Positions 18,961-29,128 of a stretch of 64,000 nt of DNA are shown one piece after another. The notes below the pieces were generated by a model. The model ran no database searches and was not told the DNA's origin. It saw nothing but the letters and a program-made list of their open reading frames with translations. Each line of letters begins with the position of its first letter. Position 1 is the stretch's first letter. Origin of the DNA: Acidobacteriota bacterium (lineage in GTDB: Bacteria > Acidobacteriota > Vicinamibacteria > Fen-336 > JAGNNV01); assembly GCA_032127745.1 (NCBI GenBank), contig JAQBHL010000225.1:655-64654 (forward strand). Reading direction: 5' to 3'. The position numbers and the translations under genes were made by a program.

Positions 18961-21652
18961 AGCCCACCCCCAGGTGCAACTCATGAAGGCTCTCTCCGGG
19001 GCGTCGATCGAGTTTGAAGCCCCAGTCCAGACGCACCGGGCCGAACGGACTTCGATAGCCGAGCCCCACCCCCGCAACCTCGCGAAGGTCTCGGAGGCGG
19101 ACCTCGGAGACGCTGGAAAAGACGTTGCCGGCTTCGGCAAAGAACTGCAGGCCCCACGACCTGGTCAAATGGATCCTCGCTTCCAGCGCCGCCGTGATCA
19201 GGGCATTGCCGCCTTCGGGCACGAACATCCCGTCCTCGGTGTAAGTCCCGGGCCCCAGTTCGTCGGTCTTGAACCCGCGCATCAGCGAGGGGCCTCCGGC
19301 GAAGAACCTTTCCGGCAGAGGCAGCTCCACGGAAGGGCCGAAGGCGCGCGCGACGCCGAGCCGCACCGAACCGGCGAGCACGAAGCCTGCCCGTAACTCG
19401 TCATAACGCGCGGCAAACGCGGAAATCTTGAGGAACGAGTCCCCTCCGAGGCTGGAAAGGGACAACAACGTCTCCACCGAATAGAGCAGCCCGCGTCTGG
19501 GATCTATGGCGTCGTTTCTGGTGTCATGGACAAAGCCGAGCGAGGGCCCGGAGACCTTGCCGTCGCACAGAGCTCGATTGACCTCGGCGCAATCCTGAGC
19601 CACGTTCGAGGTGGTGGTCTTCTGGAACGTGTACTGGGCCAGGATGTTTCCCGAGTGGAGGGGATAGATGGTCTGGGGCTGGAAGCCCACCCGCTTGAAA
19701 TCGAAGGCCTCGCGGGTGCGATCGTCCTCCGCGTAGAGTTGCACGTTGACCGCCTGGCGGCGGCCAAACGCATACGGTTCCTTGAGGGCTAGAAGCGCCC
19801 TCGATCCTCCGACCGAGCCACGGAGGAACAAGGAGACCGACCGCCCCATTCCGGAAAGGTTCAGCTTGGTCAGTTCCAGGCTCGCTCGGAGCTTCTCCGT
19901 CTCGGCAAACCCCAGGCCCGGCACGATGGTGGTGCGAGGGCCCTCGGTCACTTCGATGATGAGGTTCCGCTCGTCGCCCGCGGCCGCGAGTTCCCTGATC
20001 TGGACGTTTACGAACAGCCCGGTGGCGGAGAGGGCGGATCGAGTGTCCAGCAGCTTCTGATACGAAAGGATGTCGCCTTCCTTCAGGCGGCTTTCGCGGA
20101 GAACCACCGTCTCCTTCGTGTCTTTGAGGCCCACCACGAGGATTTGACCCACTCGGACCCGCGGGCCGGGGGTGACGTGAAAAACGATGGCGACGCGGCT
20201 GCGATCGTCCGAATAGTCCGCGGTCGCCTCCACCTGGGCGTCCACGTACCCATCGTCGCGAAGGGAAGTGAGCAGCGCGATACGGTCGCGGGCCACGTCG
20301 TCGTTGCGGAAAGGGATGCTCTCACGGGTCGAAAGCTCGGTGGCGGAGTTCCGGCCTCGCTGAGCCGGCGCGGGCGCGCCTTCGATCTCGACCGATCCCA
20401 CCGTGGTCACGGGTCCGGGCACCGAATTGAACGTGATCCGGGCGCTTCCGGGCTCGCCCGATTCTTCGGCCGAGACCAGGGCGGCCGCGTAGCCCTGCTG
20501 GATGAGGGCGGAGCGCAGTCGCGCCTTCTCGGCATCGATGTCGGCGTCAAGCCAGGGACCGGCGATCGAGAGGGGTCCTTCGGGGGGGGCGGAGACAATT
20601 CCATTGGTTCGATACTCCGCGGCGGCCAGAATCCACAAAGGGCCCGGACGCACCACGAACGCGCCCGAGACGCGATCACCGGTCTGAATCTCCTGAAATT
20701 CGACGTCCACGTAGCGATAGCCGCGCTTCACGTAGTCCGATTCGATGACCGAGACCGTCTCTTCGATCGCGTCCTGGGACAGTCCCTCCTCCGCAAACCG
20801 GACCTCGGCCTTCAGCCTCTCGTTCTGGCTCAGCGGGGCCAGATCGAGGTCGAAGGGCGGGCCCGGATTGACGAAGAAGACCAGGTCACCCCACACGCTG
20901 TCCGTCTTCACCTGTGCGTGGTAGTACGAATTCCTTCGAAGGCTGTCGAGAAGCGCCCCTTTCCAGGCTTCCTTGGTGTCGTCGGTCAAAGCTTCGCCGA
21001 TCCGCGCGGGCGACTTCGGGGGTTCCAGACCCCGGGGCCAGCCGTCGATCCGTGACGAGACCAGCCTTTCCGGGCGGGCCTCCACCACGCGAACCCGGAC
21101 ATCCTCGAGGAAACCGTCGCGCCGAGAGGCCGTGGCCGGCGCCAGGGGCTCGATCTCGATGGTGGCCCGCGGATAGGCATTCGCTCGAAGCCACGTGGTC
21201 ATCCGTGAGGAGGCGTCGGCGAGGGCCTGGTTGCGGAACGGCTCCGAGGAACGCAGGGCCGCGGCGCGCGCGAGCTTCTTCGCCAGCCCGGAGTCCAGAG
21301 GGACATCCGGACCCCCGGCGACCAGGCGGGTGACGAAAATCAACTCTCCCAGACGAGGCGTCTCCGCCACGTTGAAGACGAGACCAAGGGTTCCATCGGG
21401 TTGGGCTTCCTGTTCGACCGACACGTCGTCGAACAGATCCATGGCCGCGAGAAGAAGCACGCTGGACCGGATGGTCTCGGAATCCAGCCGTTCGCCCACC
21501 CTGACGGTCAGGTACCGGACCAAAGAGGGGTCGCTCGATCCGTTGATCTCGATGGAGGAGACCACGGGTGGTTGAGCCAGGGCGGCGGTCGGAACGCTCA
21601 GGGCGAGAGCCGACAAGACCCATCGCAACGCCGGCGCACCCGGTTCAATCAT
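18950..21652 (-). CDS. bamA: Outer membrane protein assembly factor BamA
   Basis: A signal peptide is followed by POTRA repeats and a C-terminal beta-barrel ending ...LGVGYAF. The start ATG at 21652 overlaps the tamB stop as ATGA. Confidence 0.85.
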   Translation of the reverse strand: MIEPGAPALRWVLSALALSVPTAALAQPPVVSSIEINGSSDPSLVRYLTVRVGERLDSETIRSSVLLLAAMDLFDDVSVEQEAQPDGTLGLVFNVAETPRLGELIFVTRLVAGGPDVPLDSGLAKKLARAAALRSSEPFRNQALADASSRMTTWLRANAYPRATIEIEPLAPATASRRDGFLEDVRVRVVEARPERLVSSRIDGWPRGLEPPKSPARIGEALTDDTKEAWKGALLDSLRRNSYYHAQVKTDSVWGDLVFFVNPGPPFDLDLAPLSQNERLKAEVRFAEEGLSQDAIEETVSVIESDYVKRGYRYVDVEFQEIQTGDRVSGAFVVRPGPLWILAAAEYRTNGIVSAPPEGPLSIAGPWLDADIDAEKARLRSALIQQGYAAALVSAEESGEPGSARITFNSVPGPVTTVGSVEIEGAPAPAQRGRNSATELSTRESIPFRNDDVARDRIALLTSLRDDGYVDAQVEATADYSDDRSRVAIVFHVTPGPRVRVGQILVVGLKDTKETVVLRESRLKEGDILSYQKLLDTRSALSATGLFVNVQIRELAAAGDERNLIIEVTEGPRTTIVPGLGFAETEKLRASLELTKLNLSGMGRSVSLFLRGSVGGSRALLALKEPYAFGRRQAVNVQLYAEDDRTREAFDFKRVGFQPQTIYPLHSGNILAQYTFQKTTTSNVAQDCAEVNRALCDGKVSGPSLGFVHDTRNDAIDPRRGLLYSVETLLSLSSLGGDSFLKISAFAARYDELRAGFVLAGSVRLGVARAFGPSVELPLPERFFAGGPSLMRGFKTDELGPGTYTEDGMFVPEGGNALITAALEARIHLTRSWGLQFFAEAGNVFSSVSEVRLRDLREVAGVGLGYRSPFGPVRLDWGFKLDRRPGESLHELHLGVGYAF

Positions 21653-24600
21653 CGGTCGAGGACGATCCGGGTTCTGACGTCGATTCCGAATCCGCCGGGC
21701 TCCGCCCAACTGGCCACCAGGGAAAAGCGGTTGGAGATGGAGTACTCGGCGGTGGCCAGCTGGCTCTCGGTGCCCCCGAAGATGTTGCGGGAGTAGGTGA
21801 CATCAATCTCGGAGGTGACCCTCTTCCCCACGGTAAGGCGCGACCCTCCGGTTCGCTTCAGAAGCCCCATCCCGGGATCGATGGACAGACGCGACAGTCC
21901 AAATCCCTGGGCCATCCGGCCGGTGACGTTGTCGTCCAGCAGGGTGGAGGCGAACGAGCTCAGCCCCCCCGCCCCCAGGGTCTGGAGACTCGCCGAGCTT
22001 CCGATGCTGGCCAGGTCGCTCTCATCGCCCCCGGTGAGCAGACTGGCAATCTGCGGCGCGGTGAGCGGCGGATCCGAGGTGATCCGGGTGGACACCCGGT
22101 CCAGAGTTCCATTCGCTTGAAGGGTGAGCCGGTAGGTGCGCACCCGCGTATCCGCCTCGATCTCGAAGGCGGGATTTATCTCACGCGGGTTGGAAAAGAC
22201 GGCCACTCCCTTGCGGACCTCGTAGGTGTTGCCTCCGAAGAAGACCTTGCCCCGGGCCACCTCCAGACGCCCGAGCAACTGGGGCTCGGTCGGCGATCCG
22301 GTCAGGGTGAGATCGGCGCTGGCCACGAGGGAGGCGAGATTGTTGTCGAGCCTCAGGGTTCCCGGCGCCTTGATGGCGATATCAAGACGCATGGGCGAAG
22401 TTCCCAGACCAAAGGCGGAACGAGACCCGGCGGCCGAGTCGCTCGAGCCGAACAGCTCGGAGGTGATCGCGTATCGCCGGGTCCAGAGGGCCTTCGACAC
22501 GGAGAGCTCACCGGTAAGCCAGTGCGATTCCGTGGTGCCCTGAAGGCGAAGGGAGGCTCCGAAGGTCGAGCGCAGGCCCTCGGGATAGCGAAGTCCGAGG
22601 TCCGCTCCGGTGAACGAGAAGTCGAACGACGGCGGACCGGCTCCCCCAAACCCCATCTGCCCCGAGACCGAGACCCGGCCGCCGCCAAAGCGACCCTCCA
22701 ACCCGGCCACCCGGAGTTGGGTCTCGTTGAACACAAGCCTGCCGTTCAGGGCATCGAGGCCCTGGGGGAAGGTGCGGAGACGGAGGGCGCCGTCTTCGAT
22801 GTCGAGACCACCTGAGATCCTTGGGTCATTCTTCGATCCGCCGATCTGGCTGCGCAGGGTCGCCGAACCTCGGGCCCGCCAGTCTCTGGAAAAGGCCGAA
22901 AGCACGCGAAGATCCGCGCGGCCGGTGACGGCGAGATCGTTCTCGTCGGCCGGCTTGAGAGCCAGTCGGCCTGAAACCGCCAGAGACGTCCCTTCACCGT
23001 TGAGGGTGAGACCGGAGATCTGAATCGCGCCTCTTTCCAGATCGAGCACGAAGCCGGGAGCCGCCTCGATAGCGTATTCGGGAACGGCGATCTTGAGCTG
23101 ACCCTCGCGCACGCGGGCCGTGATCAAGTCCGGCTCGAGCAGCGGTCCGAGAACGCTGGCGTTCGCGGAAGCGGTGATGACCACGGAATTCTGGAAACGG
23201 GATCCGAGAGCCCGAAGGACCGGATCGATGCGCGCGGTCACCAGATTGACCTCCAGGCGGCTCTGGTGCGGGGCCTTGGCTTCTATGGACCCCGAAACCT
23301 CCGCCTGGAAGCGGGGTGAGTCCGACTGACCTTTCACGTGGAGAATTCCGTCGCCCGCCCCTACGACATCGACCACGAAGGCGCCGATCCCCTCATCTCC
23401 GTAGAAAATCCGTTTCGATTCGAGGCGCGCGCTCACCCGGGGCGTTTCGATCGGTCCGCTCAGGCTGGCTCGGCCGGTAACGTGTCCTCCGATCATGGGG
23501 GCCTCGGGATTCTGAAGCCCGAGATCCGAAAGCTCCACCTCGCGAAGGTCCACCTCTCCCTCAAACGCCGGAACTCCCTGGGCATTGATCCAAGTACCCT
23601 GAACCTTGAGATCTCCGCCACCAAGGGCGGCGTTCAGGTTCTTGATCCTCAGCGCTTCTCCCTGAAACTCGAGGTCCAGTTCGGCGGTGGTGAAATCGAC
23701 ACCGAACGCCTTCCCGGATGCGCTCGTGAGACGGGCCTGACCGAGAGGCCTGGCCCTCGTGCCCTGAAGCCGCACCTTTCCCGAGATGGCGCTGTCCACG
23801 TCCAGGGCCGAATCCACGATGTGGAGCAGATCCCTGGCCGGCCAATCCTCGATCTTGATGTCGAGATCCATGGCATCGTCGACTCCAAGGGCGCCCAGCC
23901 GCTGCTTTCCCGTCAACTCCGCGCGGGAGGCGCCGCGGAGGGCGGTGAGACGGTCGGTGTCGAGATCATCCGGGGAGGCCAACCCGGTCCAGTCGACCTC
24001 ACCCCAGAAAACGCCGGCGTAGGCGACATTCTTCCCCTGAAAGCGACCGGAAACGACCGGAGACGAAATCGTTCCGGAGACCTGGCCTTGAAGAACGCCC
24101 TGGCCGGTGGCGCCCAGCGGTTGAGCATCCGGAGTTCCAAAAGCGACCCTGAGGCGCACGCCAAGATCGTCGGTGACGGCCAGATCGTCGCTCGCCAGTT
24201 TCACCTGCAGGCTCAATCGACGGTCGGCCTGAACCGAGCCGTCGAGGGTCACCCGGGTCCGGGGCGCCTCCAGCTGGACGGAACTCATCGTGATCTCGCC
24301 TTCTTTGGCCTCGAAGGGAAATCGCCCGGAGACAGGATCGCCCGCCGCCAAATCGGGGATGAGAACGAGATCGCCCGTGCCGCTCAGCAGGTTCGGCGCC
24401 CCCGCGGGGAGGGAGAGGTCGATCGGTCCGGAGACACGGGCGCCGAGACGGGCGCCGCGATAGTCGAAGAGCCAGCGCAGGAGGGGCTCGGCCGCGAGGC
24501 TGTCGAGGGCGCCCACCACCCGAACCGGTCCTCCTTCCGGCACCTCCACATCGAGCAAACTGTGGCCGCCGATGGCTTCGAGGTCGAGTTCCTTGAGACT

Positions 24601-25542
24601 CAGGTTGGAGCCGTCGAAGGAAACATTCACGGCGAAGGCGTCAACCGGGATGGACGAAACCGAAGCATCCCGCCCATTCAGCCGGCCGCTGAGCTCGATC
24701 TTCTCGCCCCGGATGGAAAGGACGGCCCTGGTCTGAGCCACACCCTTGAGACCGAGGCCGGTCCGAACCACCGAGCGATCGAAAGCTCCGAGGTCGAAGG
24801 GGCCGGAGAGGCGAATCTCGCCCTGGGGCTCCTGGTGAAGGTCCACCTTCCCGGCCAGCGACAGGTTCGTGCCCGCGAAGACCAATAATCCCTGATCGAT
24901 GACCAGATTCGAGTCGGCAAATCTCAGGGACAACTCGAAGCGCGCGTCCTCGGCCGGAAGCGCACCAACCCGCATGGGACCGGGTCCGGCGCTCACCGTT
25001 CCCTGGAGGAGGCTTTTCTCGTCCGCGGCGAGGGAGGCCTCGAAGTTGGGCCAGAAAATCTCCAACGGAATCCGCTGATCGTTGAGGAACAGGTCGCCTT
25101 CGTGGATGACCACGCTCCCTATCGAGACCTCGCGCGAGGAGGCGCCGGTCGAGACCATCCGCGGCAGATCGGTGGAACCATCCGGAAGGACCTGAAGGGA
25201 AATCCGAGGCTGGTCGAGCTCGAACCGGCGCAACAGGATCTTGTGGGTGAAAAGGGATCGGAAAGACAGAGCCAGACGCACGCGGGCGGCCAGGAAGGTG
25301 GGCCGCTTGGATCCGGGCCGGCCGGGAATCATCACGTCCCGCAGTTCGACTTCGCGCCGAGGCAGGTTGACGGACAGGGCGCCCACCGTCACCGGTCGCT
25401 CCAGAGCCTCGGAAAGGCGCCGCTCGACCTGTGTTCTCAGAGCCTTCTCACCCAGGAGCGCGAACAGGGTCAGAGCCACGACCCCGGTGAGGGCCAAGGC
25501 CGCAAGGCCGATCCTGCTGAATCGGGCGAACTTTCGAATCAA
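21649..25542 (-). CDS. tamB: Translocation and assembly module protein TamB (AsmA-like, DUF490 C-terminus)
   Basis: The protein is 1297 aa with an N-terminal signal-anchor. Its Gly/Ser/Leu-rich beta-taco-like body ends with the DUF490-type C-terminus ...SRFSLVASWAEPGGFGIDVRTRIVLDR. Confidence 0.8.
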   Translation of the reverse strand: MIRKFARFSRIGLAALALTGVVALTLFALLGEKALRTQVERRLSEALERPVTVGALSVNLPRREVELRDVMIPGRPGSKRPTFLAARVRLALSFRSLFTHKILLRRFELDQPRISLQVLPDGSTDLPRMVSTGASSREVSIGSVVIHEGDLFLNDQRIPLEIFWPNFEASLAADEKSLLQGTVSAGPGPMRVGALPAEDARFELSLRFADSNLVIDQGLLVFAGTNLSLAGKVDLHQEPQGEIRLSGPFDLGAFDRSVVRTGLGLKGVAQTRAVLSIRGEKIELSGRLNGRDASVSSIPVDAFAVNVSFDGSNLSLKELDLEAIGGHSLLDVEVPEGGPVRVVGALDSLAAEPLLRWLFDYRGARLGARVSGPIDLSLPAGAPNLLSGTGDLVLIPDLAAGDPVSGRFPFEAKEGEITMSSVQLEAPRTRVTLDGSVQADRRLSLQVKLASDDLAVTDDLGVRLRVAFGTPDAQPLGATGQGVLQGQVSGTISSPVVSGRFQGKNVAYAGVFWGEVDWTGLASPDDLDTDRLTALRGASRAELTGKQRLGALGVDDAMDLDIKIEDWPARDLLHIVDSALDVDSAISGKVRLQGTRARPLGQARLTSASGKAFGVDFTTAELDLEFQGEALRIKNLNAALGGGDLKVQGTWINAQGVPAFEGEVDLREVELSDLGLQNPEAPMIGGHVTGRASLSGPIETPRVSARLESKRIFYGDEGIGAFVVDVVGAGDGILHVKGQSDSPRFQAEVSGSIEAKAPHQSRLEVNLVTARIDPVLRALGSRFQNSVVITASANASVLGPLLEPDLITARVREGQLKIAVPEYAIEAAPGFVLDLERGAIQISGLTLNGEGTSLAVSGRLALKPADENDLAVTGRADLRVLSAFSRDWRARGSATLRSQIGGSKNDPRISGGLDIEDGALRLRTFPQGLDALNGRLVFNETQLRVAGLEGRFGGGRVSVSGQMGFGGAGPPSFDFSFTGADLGLRYPEGLRSTFGASLRLQGTTESHWLTGELSVSKALWTRRYAITSELFGSSDSAAGSRSAFGLGTSPMRLDIAIKAPGTLRLDNNLASLVASADLTLTGSPTEPQLLGRLEVARGKVFFGGNTYEVRKGVAVFSNPREINPAFEIEADTRVRTYRLTLQANGTLDRVSTRITSDPPLTAPQIASLLTGGDESDLASIGSSASLQTLGAGGLSSFASTLLDDNVTGRMAQGFGLSRLSIDPGMGLLKRTGGSRLTVGKRVTSEIDVTYSRNIFGGTESQLATAEYSISNRFSLVASWAEPGGFGIDVRTRIVLDR

Positions 25543-25599
25543 GGCCTACATGATCGCAAAGGAACTGCTTCGCTGACCATTCCCGTCCTTTTCGAAACC

Positions 25600-26115
25600 T
25601 CAGACAATCACAAGGAGGAGGGCTCCCGTTTCGACCGCCTGACCCTCCTCGACCCGGATCTCCTGGATGGTTCCCGGCCTCGACGCCTTGAGTTCGTTTT
25701 CCATCTTCATGGCTTCCATGACGAGAAGGCCGCGGCCGGCCTCGACGGTATCGCCGAGACGGACCAGCACCTTGACGATCTTTCCGGGCATGGGGGCGAT
25801 GAGTTTGAGCGGACCGGAGTGAGCGGCCGGGCCCAGAGCCGCTCCCTTCACCGCATCCTTGAGTTCGACATCGAACCGGTCCCCTCGCACCAGAACCGCG
25901 AAGCCCTGAGCGGTCTTCTGGAGACCCAGATCGTGGGACTTTCCGTCCAGGAGGACAGAAAGGTGATGGCTGCCGGTCCTCACCAGGTCGAGCTTCAGCA
26001 TCTTCTCGCCGATGGTGACCCGGTAGATGCCCTGGGTTTCGCGCACCTCCACGCGCGCGGTCCGCCCCGCGGTGGTGGCGTCAAAGAGCACGCCGCACCT
26101 CGGAGAATCCGTCAT
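25600..26115 (-). CDS. Biotin carboxyl carrier protein-like (biotinyl domain)
   Basis: The C-terminal biotinyl-lysine motif EAMKMENE is present. The gene is 3 nt downstream of the accC stop. Confidence 0.8.
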   Translation of the reverse strand: MTDSPRCGVLFDATTAGRTARVEVRETQGIYRVTIGEKMLKLDLVRTGSHHLSVLLDGKSHDLGLQKTAQGFAVLVRGDRFDVELKDAVKGAALGPAAHSGPLKLIAPMPGKIVKVLVRLGDTVEAGRGLLVMEAMKMENELKASRPGTIQEIRVEEGQAVETGALLLVIV

Positions 26116-26118
26116 CCA

Positions 26119-27633
26119 TCACAGCCGGGTCACCGATTCGCGATTCCCGAGCCGCCACCACAAAGACGAGGATGAGCTTCCCGTTCCCGGAGCGAGACTC
26201 GTGCGCCGGCGGGCGCGATACGCGGCGACCGCGGCCACCGCCATGGCGATTTCCGTGGCCCGATCCCGATCGTCCGTGCCGGCCTGCAGCCGGGCCACAA
26301 AGCCGGTGTCGAAATCACCCTCGATGAACCGAGGGTCCCGGAGCGCCCGGTCGAAGAAAGGAAGCGTGGTCTTGATCCCGGTGATCCCGTATTCGGAGAC
26401 CGCCCGGAGCATTCGGGCGATCGCGGCCTCGCGGGTCGGGGCATGGACGACCAGCTTCGAAATCAAGGGGTCGTAGAACATCGACACGTCGCAGCCTTCA
26501 TAAACCCCCGAATCGTCACGCACCCCCGGACCTCCGGGCGTACGCAGAGATTCGATCCGGCCCGGGTTCGGAATGAAGTTCGCCTCCGGGTCCTCGGCGC
26601 ACACCCGGCACTCGATCGAATGGCCGCGCTGGGTCAGATCCTTCTGGGCGAAGGGGAGAGCCTCTCCCTGGGCGATTCGGATCTGCATCTGGACCAGATC
26701 GACACCGGTCACCATTTCCGTGATGGGATGCTCGACCTGAAGGCGAGTATTCATCTCCAGGAAATAGGGCTGCCGGTTCTCGTCGACCAGGAACTCGATG
26801 GTGCCCGCATTCACGTAACCGACCTTCTTCACCAGGGCCACGGCCAGAGACCCCATCCGCTCCCGCAACTCGGGGGTCACGAACGGGGAGGGGCTCTCCT
26901 CGATGATCTTCTGGTGGCGACGCTGGATGGAACATTCGCGCTCGAAGAGATGGACCGCATTGCCGTGGGTGTCGGCAAGAACCTGGATCTCGATGTGCCT
27001 GGGCTTGAGAAGGGCCCGCTCCAGGTAGAGGCTGTCGTCACCAAACGCGCCCTTCGCCTCGCTGCGCGCCCGGAGGATGCTCGCCTCGAGTTCTTCAGGG
27101 CCGCTCACCAGCCTGAGGCCCTTCCCGCCCCCGCCCGCGGCGGCTTTGAGCATCAGGGGATAGCCGATCCGTTTCGCCTCGCGAAGTACGGCGGCGTCGT
27201 CGACGAGGGCGTGGAGCGCTCCCGGAACCACCGGGACGCCTGCGTCCACGGCCACCCTTCGCGCCGCGGTCTTCTCGCCCATGGCGCTGATGGCCGCGGG
27301 GGGAGGGCCGATGAACACCACTCCCGCGTCCTGGCAGGCCCTCGCGAAGGCCGCGTTTTCCGAAAGGAAACCGTAGCCGGGATGAATCGCATCCGCGCTC
27401 GAACGCTGCGCCACCTCGAGAATCCGGTCCATCCTCAGATAGGACTCGGCCGAGGGCGACGGTCCGATGAAGTAGGCCTCGTCGGCGTAGCGAACGTGCA
27501 GGGCCGCCCGGTCCGCATCGGAGTAGACGGCGACCGTCCCGATGCCCATCTCCCGACAGGCCCGCATCACGCGCACGGCGATCTCGCCGCGGTTGGCGAT
27601 CAGGATCTTGCGGAACTTTCGGGAAGTCGACAC
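26119..27633 (-). CDS. accC: Acetyl/acyl-CoA carboxylase biotin carboxylase subunit
   Basis: The N-terminus KILIANRGEIAVRVMRA and the ATP-grasp motifs are present. Confidence 0.9.
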   Translation of the reverse strand: MSTSRKFRKILIANRGEIAVRVMRACREMGIGTVAVYSDADRAALHVRYADEAYFIGPSPSAESYLRMDRILEVAQRSSADAIHPGYGFLSENAAFARACQDAGVVFIGPPPAAISAMGEKTAARRVAVDAGVPVVPGALHALVDDAAVLREAKRIGYPLMLKAAAGGGGKGLRLVSGPEELEASILRARSEAKGAFGDDSLYLERALLKPRHIEIQVLADTHGNAVHLFERECSIQRRHQKIIEESPSPFVTPELRERMGSLAVALVKKVGYVNAGTIEFLVDENRQPYFLEMNTRLQVEHPITEMVTGVDLVQMQIRIAQGEALPFAQKDLTQRGHSIECRVCAEDPEANFIPNPGRIESLRTPGGPGVRDDSGVYEGCDVSMFYDPLISKLVVHAPTREAAIARMLRAVSEYGITGIKTTLPFFDRALRDPRFIEGDFDTGFVARLQAGTDDRDRATEIAMAVAAVAAYRARRRTSLAPGTGSSSSSLWWRLGNRESVTRL

Positions 27634-27722
27634 GAGAGGCTTGATTCTAGTGGCTGGGGCGAACGCGGCTCATCGGGCTTGCCAGGATCGGCATGCTTGT
27701 GACATCGTACCCCTCGCCCGAT

Positions 27723-27900
27723 GGAGGAGCGGTCCCCATCAGTAGTCCTCACTGACGAACGCTGGCTTCGGATGAAGGGGGACGAAAGGGGAGGACCGCC
27801 GAAGGGGTGAAAGGACGACAGCACTTTCATCCCTGGACGTGAGGGGAGAAGACCCCGCGGCTGCTGCGGCCTCACGAAGGAGGCCGTGGAGCGCCTGAGG
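27723..27900 (+). promoter_or_regulatory. Probable lysine riboswitch (L-box) in the asd-lysC leader
   Basis: Sequence elements match my recollection of the B. subtilis lysC and T. maritima L-box sequences. They are GGAGGAGCGG...CAUCAGUAG, GAAAGGGGAGG-ACCGCCGAAGGGGUGAAAGGA (the loop-E/K-turn core) and CCGUGGAGCGCC near the 3' end. The element sits ~175 nt upstream of asd on the correct strand. Confidence 0.55.
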
Positions 27901-27943
27901 AACAATCGTCACCGTGTGGTTTGCGGTGAGAGAAGTGGACTTT

Positions 27944-27970
27944 CAAGGAGTCCACGGTTGTTTCGACGAT
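27944..27970 (+). terminator. Hairpin GTGGACT-ttcaagg-AGTCCAC followed by GGTTGTTTCG; candidate attenuator of the riboswitch expression platform
   Basis: The inverted repeat was read directly. The U-tract is weak. Confidence 0.3.
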
Positions 27971-28075
27971 GGACTCCGGAGAGCGGAGTTCAACGGAGAT
28001 GAGACAAAAAACGATGTTCCTTCACAAGACGGAGCGGCTGACCCTGGTCTCGCCGTCGATATCGAGGTCGAGGCC

Positions 28076-29128
28076 ATGAACCGCATTCCCGTCACCATCC
28101 TGGGCGCCACCGGTGTGGTCGGCCAGCGCTTCGTCCGCCGTCTGGTGGATCACCCTCTTTTCGAAATTCAACATCTCGCCGCTTCCGATCGAAGCACCGG
28201 AAAGGCCTACCGGGAAGCCTGCGCCTGGCGGCTCGACAGCCGCCCTTACGGCGGCCTGGGAGGCCGGATCCTGAAGGCCGCGCACCCGAGGGAGGCTCTG
28301 TCTCCCGTGGTCTTCAGCGCCCTCGACTCCGGACCCGCCTCGGAGATCGAACCTCTCTTCGCCGCGGGCGGGTCGCTCGTCTTCTCGAATGCTTCGGCCT
28401 TCCGCATGGCCGCGGATGTGCCTCTGCTCGTCCCCGAGGCGAACGCCGATCACCTCGGCCTGATCGGAGCGCAGCGGAAGGCCCGGGGCTGGAACGGCGC
28501 CATTGTCTGCAACCCCAACTGCACCGCGACCGTCCTGGTCATGGGCCTGGCTCCGCTTCATCAGGCCTTTGGCATCGAGCGCGTCTTCATGACCTCGATG
28601 CAGGCGATCAGCGGCGCCGGGTATCCCGGCGTTCCGAGCCTGGACATCCTCGGTAACGTGATTCCCTTCATCCGGAACGAGGAGGAGAAGGTCGAGGAGG
28701 AGACCCCGAAGATGCTGGGGGGGTTCGCCGACGGCGCGGTCACGCACGCGCCCTTTACGATTTCCGCCATGTGCCATCGCGTTCCCGTGGTCGAGGGTCA
28801 CTCCGAGGCGGTGAGTGTCGCCCTGCGCGGGAGTCCTTCCCCCGACCAGGTGGCGAAAGTGTTTCAAAGCTGGCGCGGAGATTCCCGGGTGAGTTCGCTC
28901 CCCTCCGCGCCCGAGGTTCCGATTCGCGTTCATTCCGAGGAGGACCGGCCCCAGGTGCGCCTCGATGTGGAGAAAGATGGCGGCATGAGTGTGCATGTCG
29001 GACGGGTGCGCCGATGCCCGCTGCTGGGGGTGAAATTCGCCCTCCTGGGCCACAACACGGAGCGAGGTGCGGCGGGCGCTTCGGTCCTGAACGCCGAACT
29101 CGCCCATGCCCTTGGATATCTCGGATGA
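28076..29128 (+). CDS. asd: Aspartate-semialdehyde dehydrogenase
   Basis: The sequence MNRIPVTILGATGVVGQRF...CNPNCTATVLVMGLAPL (active-site Cys) is characteristic of Asd. Confidence 0.9.
   Translation: MNRIPVTILGATGVVGQRFVRRLVDHPLFEIQHLAASDRSTGKAYREACAWRLDSRPYGGLGGRILKAAHPREALSPVVFSALDSGPASEIEPLFAAGGSLVFSNASAFRMAADVPLLVPEANADHLGLIGAQRKARGWNGAIVCNPNCTATVLVMGLAPLHQAFGIERVFMTSMQAISGAGYPGVPSLDILGNVIPFIRNEEEKVEEETPKMLGGFADGAVTHAPFTISAMCHRVPVVEGHSEAVSVALRGSPSPDQVAKVFQSWRGDSRVSSLPSAPEVPIRVHSEEDRPQVRLDVEKDGGMSVHVGRVRRCPLLGVKFALLGHNTERGAAGASVLNAELAHALGYLG

Noticed and set aside
21568-24888. Long + strand ORFs (21568..22815, 23338..24888) inside tamB
   Set aside because: They are antisense shadow ORFs. 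The - strand product has a signal anchor and a DUF490-type C-terminus.
28771-29124. 5' extension of the lysC ORF overlapping asd in another frame
   Set aside because: The true lysC start is the ATG at 29125 (MSVVLKFGG), in an ATGA overlap with the asd stop. The extension is Arg/Gly/Pro-rich.
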